From an uncultured candidate division Zixibacteria bacterium (GTDB lineage Bacteria > Zixibacteria > MSB-5A5 > GN15 > PGXB01), in NCBI GenBank assembly GCA_963702205.1, contig OY969724.1, positions 2,464,001-2,528,000 of the forward strand: a stretch of DNA of 64,000 bases. The letters are read 5' to 3'. A program made the position numbers and the translations under genes. The notes beneath the pieces were generated by a model. That model was not told the DNA's origin. It ran no database searches and was given only the letters and a program-made list of their open reading frames with translations. Each line of letters starts with the position of its first letter. Positions within the stretch are counted from its first letter, which is position 1. Of the stretch, positions 61,699 to 64,000 are shown in pieces.

Positions 61699-63999
61699 CT
61701 ACTTTATAATTACGAACTTGCCAATAAAATTGCCAAATTCAGAAGTCACAGAATAATAATAAATTCCGGAGACAATTGCCATTCTATTTCTGGTAATTAA
61801 ATCCCACGAGTCATGCATCGACCCGGGAGCGCCGGGAGGATAATCGTGGTCGATTTCGCGGACAAGATCGCCGTCGAGAGTATATATCCTAATCGTGCAT
61901 TTGTGCGGTAAATTGGCGAAATTCAAGGCTCTTGTAAACTCGGCGGGCATATTCTGCTGGCCGTTTTCCCACCCTTCATAGTGCTCGTGATAGCCACCGT
62001 TAATAAAATACGGGTTGGGATACACGACGACGTCGAGACCGTTTTCGACGGCATCTTCACTCGATGGCAAGGCATACTGGCGCAAGGCGTTTTCATAGGG
62101 ATTGGTTTCCTGGGAACCGAGGTTGCGGCCGGGGTTGCCCTGATCGAAAGCCGTGACGGAAACATAATACGGTCGTGACGGCAGCAGGCCGCGTATCTTG
62201 TAGCTGTACTCGAAATACTTGAACCGGCCCTCTTTGGTCAACACGTCGGGCCAATAAAGCCCGGCGCTGTCAGCGCTCAATGTCGGGGGATAGGGCTCGT
62301 TCGGGAATCTTTTATGTATTGCCAGGGTATCGAAAAGATTTGACTGGTTCCAGTCGTGACGGGAAAAGTAATACTGGTCAAAAGATTGAGTCTGATAGTT
62401 GTAATGGCTGAGCAGTTCACTTTCCGACGTGTAACGCTCGGGGTCGAAATTTTCACCATAAATATTTTTTAGATCGGATAGAGTATAGGGCGGATTTTCG
62501 ATTTGCCAGCGGTTATAGGTGCTGTCGAATTCCCAGCGGTCGAAATTAAGATAGTCATACGAGGACAGGATAGTGAAATTGCCCGGCTGACCGGTTTCGG
62601 AAATGTATACCCGATAGCCTTCGAAATCGTTGCGATTGAGAAAGGGGTCTGCTTCCGTTTCGCTTTTCAGTCCATTCCAGCGGGCCTCAATATAGCCGAC
62701 GTTGAATTCATCGACACCGGGATGCAAAGTAAAACCGGGTGCGGTCGGGGGAGATGCACCCACAAAATCCGGGCTGCCGTCCCCGGTATAATAAAGTGTG
62801 TCGCTTCGGATGTATTTGTAAGTCGTGTCATATATGGTATCGTGGGCCATATAGATGGTGTCAATGTTGTCTATAATATATCCGGCCTGCCTGAGGTGGT
62901 ATTTGCCCTTATATCCGTTGCCGTCGGTATCAACCCCGGGATTGTCGTAAATCCACGAAGCCCACAGGGCGTTCAAAGCGAGATCGTCGAGGTGCCGCGA
63001 TACCCCGCCGGCGCCCGGAGCCCAACTGCCCTGCCAGTAGTTTTGCCCCATAACCACGGCGAAAGTGAAATCGATTGAGTTCCCGGGAAAGAGTGTATAT
63101 GGCCCGGTTGCCATGACGTACATAATATTGGAGCCCTGGTAGACTGGTTCTTCGGGCGGCGGCATCCAGCCATCGGCAGTGAAATCGCGCCAGCTGTCAA
63201 TCAGGTCGTAGTCGACTTCACCGTTGGACATAATGTAGTATTTATCGGCGTCCGAGGCCGGTTCGCCGTAATACCCCCGGAATTGCCGTAACGTCTGCCC
63301 CGGTTTTGGCTTTTTTCTGGGTCCCCATGACCAGTAATCGGTCGTGTAATCGACCGCCCACCAGTTGAATGAAAAATTATGTTCGTTCGGGACCGGGCGC
63401 AGAAGCATAACCCCAGCCGCCGAAGTTGCGGCGAACAGGCCCTGGAACTGCTGGGATACCGGGTCAGGGTCACCGTCATTATCGGCTGCCCAGGCAATAT
63501 TAAAAGTGTCGCGAAGCCCGCTAATGTACGGCGACTGAAAATTCTTAAGGAACCCGACGATGTCGTCGCTGCCGCCGTATGGCCCGGTATCGCGGTGGAC
63601 GCTGTTGTCCACGTACAACCCGATAAAGACTTTATTTATATCCCTGAAGGTGATGTTTGATACCTGCAAGTCGAAGAGGATAAAATCTTCGGCGTATTCA
63701 TAGCCCCAGGCATAACTCCTTTGAGTGACCTTAACTCCGATCGGGATGTGAATGCGGCGGCTGAACAGGTCGTAGCCGGTCCAGCGAGAATCCCAGAGTG
63801 TATCGCAATAGTACGAAATAAAATCCTGATGAGAAACGGCGCTGTCGAAGTCGGGCCGGCCGGGCTCGAGAATGGAGCGGCGTTTGATTTCATTCATTGG
63901 GATAGTGTCGGGCCAGAATTCGCTCTGGACGCTCCAATCCTGCCATCCGGCGGTAGACACCAGTGTGTCACGACCGACAATAGCCCCGACCCACAGCTG
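61699..63999 (-). CDS. Tandem paralogue of the preceding secreted protein (5' end outside window)
   Basis: Frame open to the window edge (QLWVGAIVGRDTLVSTAGW); colinear motifs throughout. Confidence 0.75.
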   Translation of the reverse strand, partial: QLWVGAIVGRDTLVSTAGWQDWSVQSEFWPDTIPMNEIKRRSILEPGRPDFDSAVSHQDFISYYCDTLWDSRWTGYDLFSRRIHIPIGVKVTQRSYAWGYEYAEDFILFDLQVSNITFRDINKVFIGLYVDNSVHRDTGPYGGSDDIVGFLKNFQSPYISGLRDTFNIAWAADNDGDPDPVSQQFQGLFAATSAAGVMLLRPVPNEHNFSFNWWAVDYTTDYWSWGPRKKPKPGQTLRQFRGYYGEPASDADKYYIMSNGEVDYDLIDSWRDFTADGWMPPPEEPVYQGSNIMYVMATGPYTLFPGNSIDFTFAVVMGQNYWQGSWAPGAGGVSRHLDDLALNALWASWIYDNPGVDTDGNGYKGKYHLRQAGYIIDNIDTIYMAHDTIYDTTYKYIRSDTLYYTGDGSPDFVGASPPTAPGFTLHPGVDEFNVGYIEARWNGLKSETEADPFLNRNDFEGYRVYISETGQPGNFTILSSYDYLNFDRWEFDSTYNRWQIENPPYTLSDLKNIYGENFDPERYTSESELLSHYNYQTQSFDQYYFSRHDWNQSNLFDTLAIHKRFPNEPYPPTLSADSAGLYWPDVLTKEGRFKYFEYSYKIRGLLPSRPYYVSVTAFDQGNPGRNLGSQETNPYENALRQYALPSSEDAVENGLDVVVYPNPYFINGGYHEHYEGWENGQQNMPAEFTRALNFANLPHKCTIRIYTLDGDLVREIDHDYPPGAPGSMHDSWDLITRNRMAIVSGIYYYSVTSEFGNFIGKFVIIK

Positions 64000-64000
64000 C

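Overview
This is a gene-dense bacterial chromosomal window. Dockerin-like and PNPFN-type C-terminal domains, GWxTD proteins and several DUF1573 proteins suggest an FCB-related lineage such as Zixibacteria (inference only). In order it holds: an MSHA-like type IV pilus cluster (pilB, pilC, two pilins, pilM-N fusion, pilO); a BamA-family protein; two secreted metalloproteases; a sigma54-type lipoprotein/beta-barrel operon; a tandem WYL regulator pair; queT; a GlmU-like/galT/glgA block; tRNA-Gly and tRNA-Cys; ferredoxin, archease and rtcB; a PAS-LuxR regulator; a TolC-MacA-ABC exporter with three permeases followed by two GWxTD proteins; a tandem DUF1573 array; peptidases and transporters; and two large secreted paralogues. 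The strongest hidden signal is an exported DUF1573 paralogue (49559-50332, minus strand). Its in-frame TGA sits where the adjacent paralogue has Cys (KPG-U-GCT vs KPG-C-GCT) and is followed by a SECIS-like hairpin, so it is a candidate selenoprotein missed by the ORF track. Other notable signals: a degenerate WYL gene behind a DriD/PafBC-style operator, a candidate ~80-nt sRNA converging on rtcB, three sigma28-type promoters on pilus and TPR genes, and several apparently leaderless genes. Six genes carry single-base frameshifts in short runs, most probably assembly errors. No CRISPR array, rRNA, transposase or prophage was seen.
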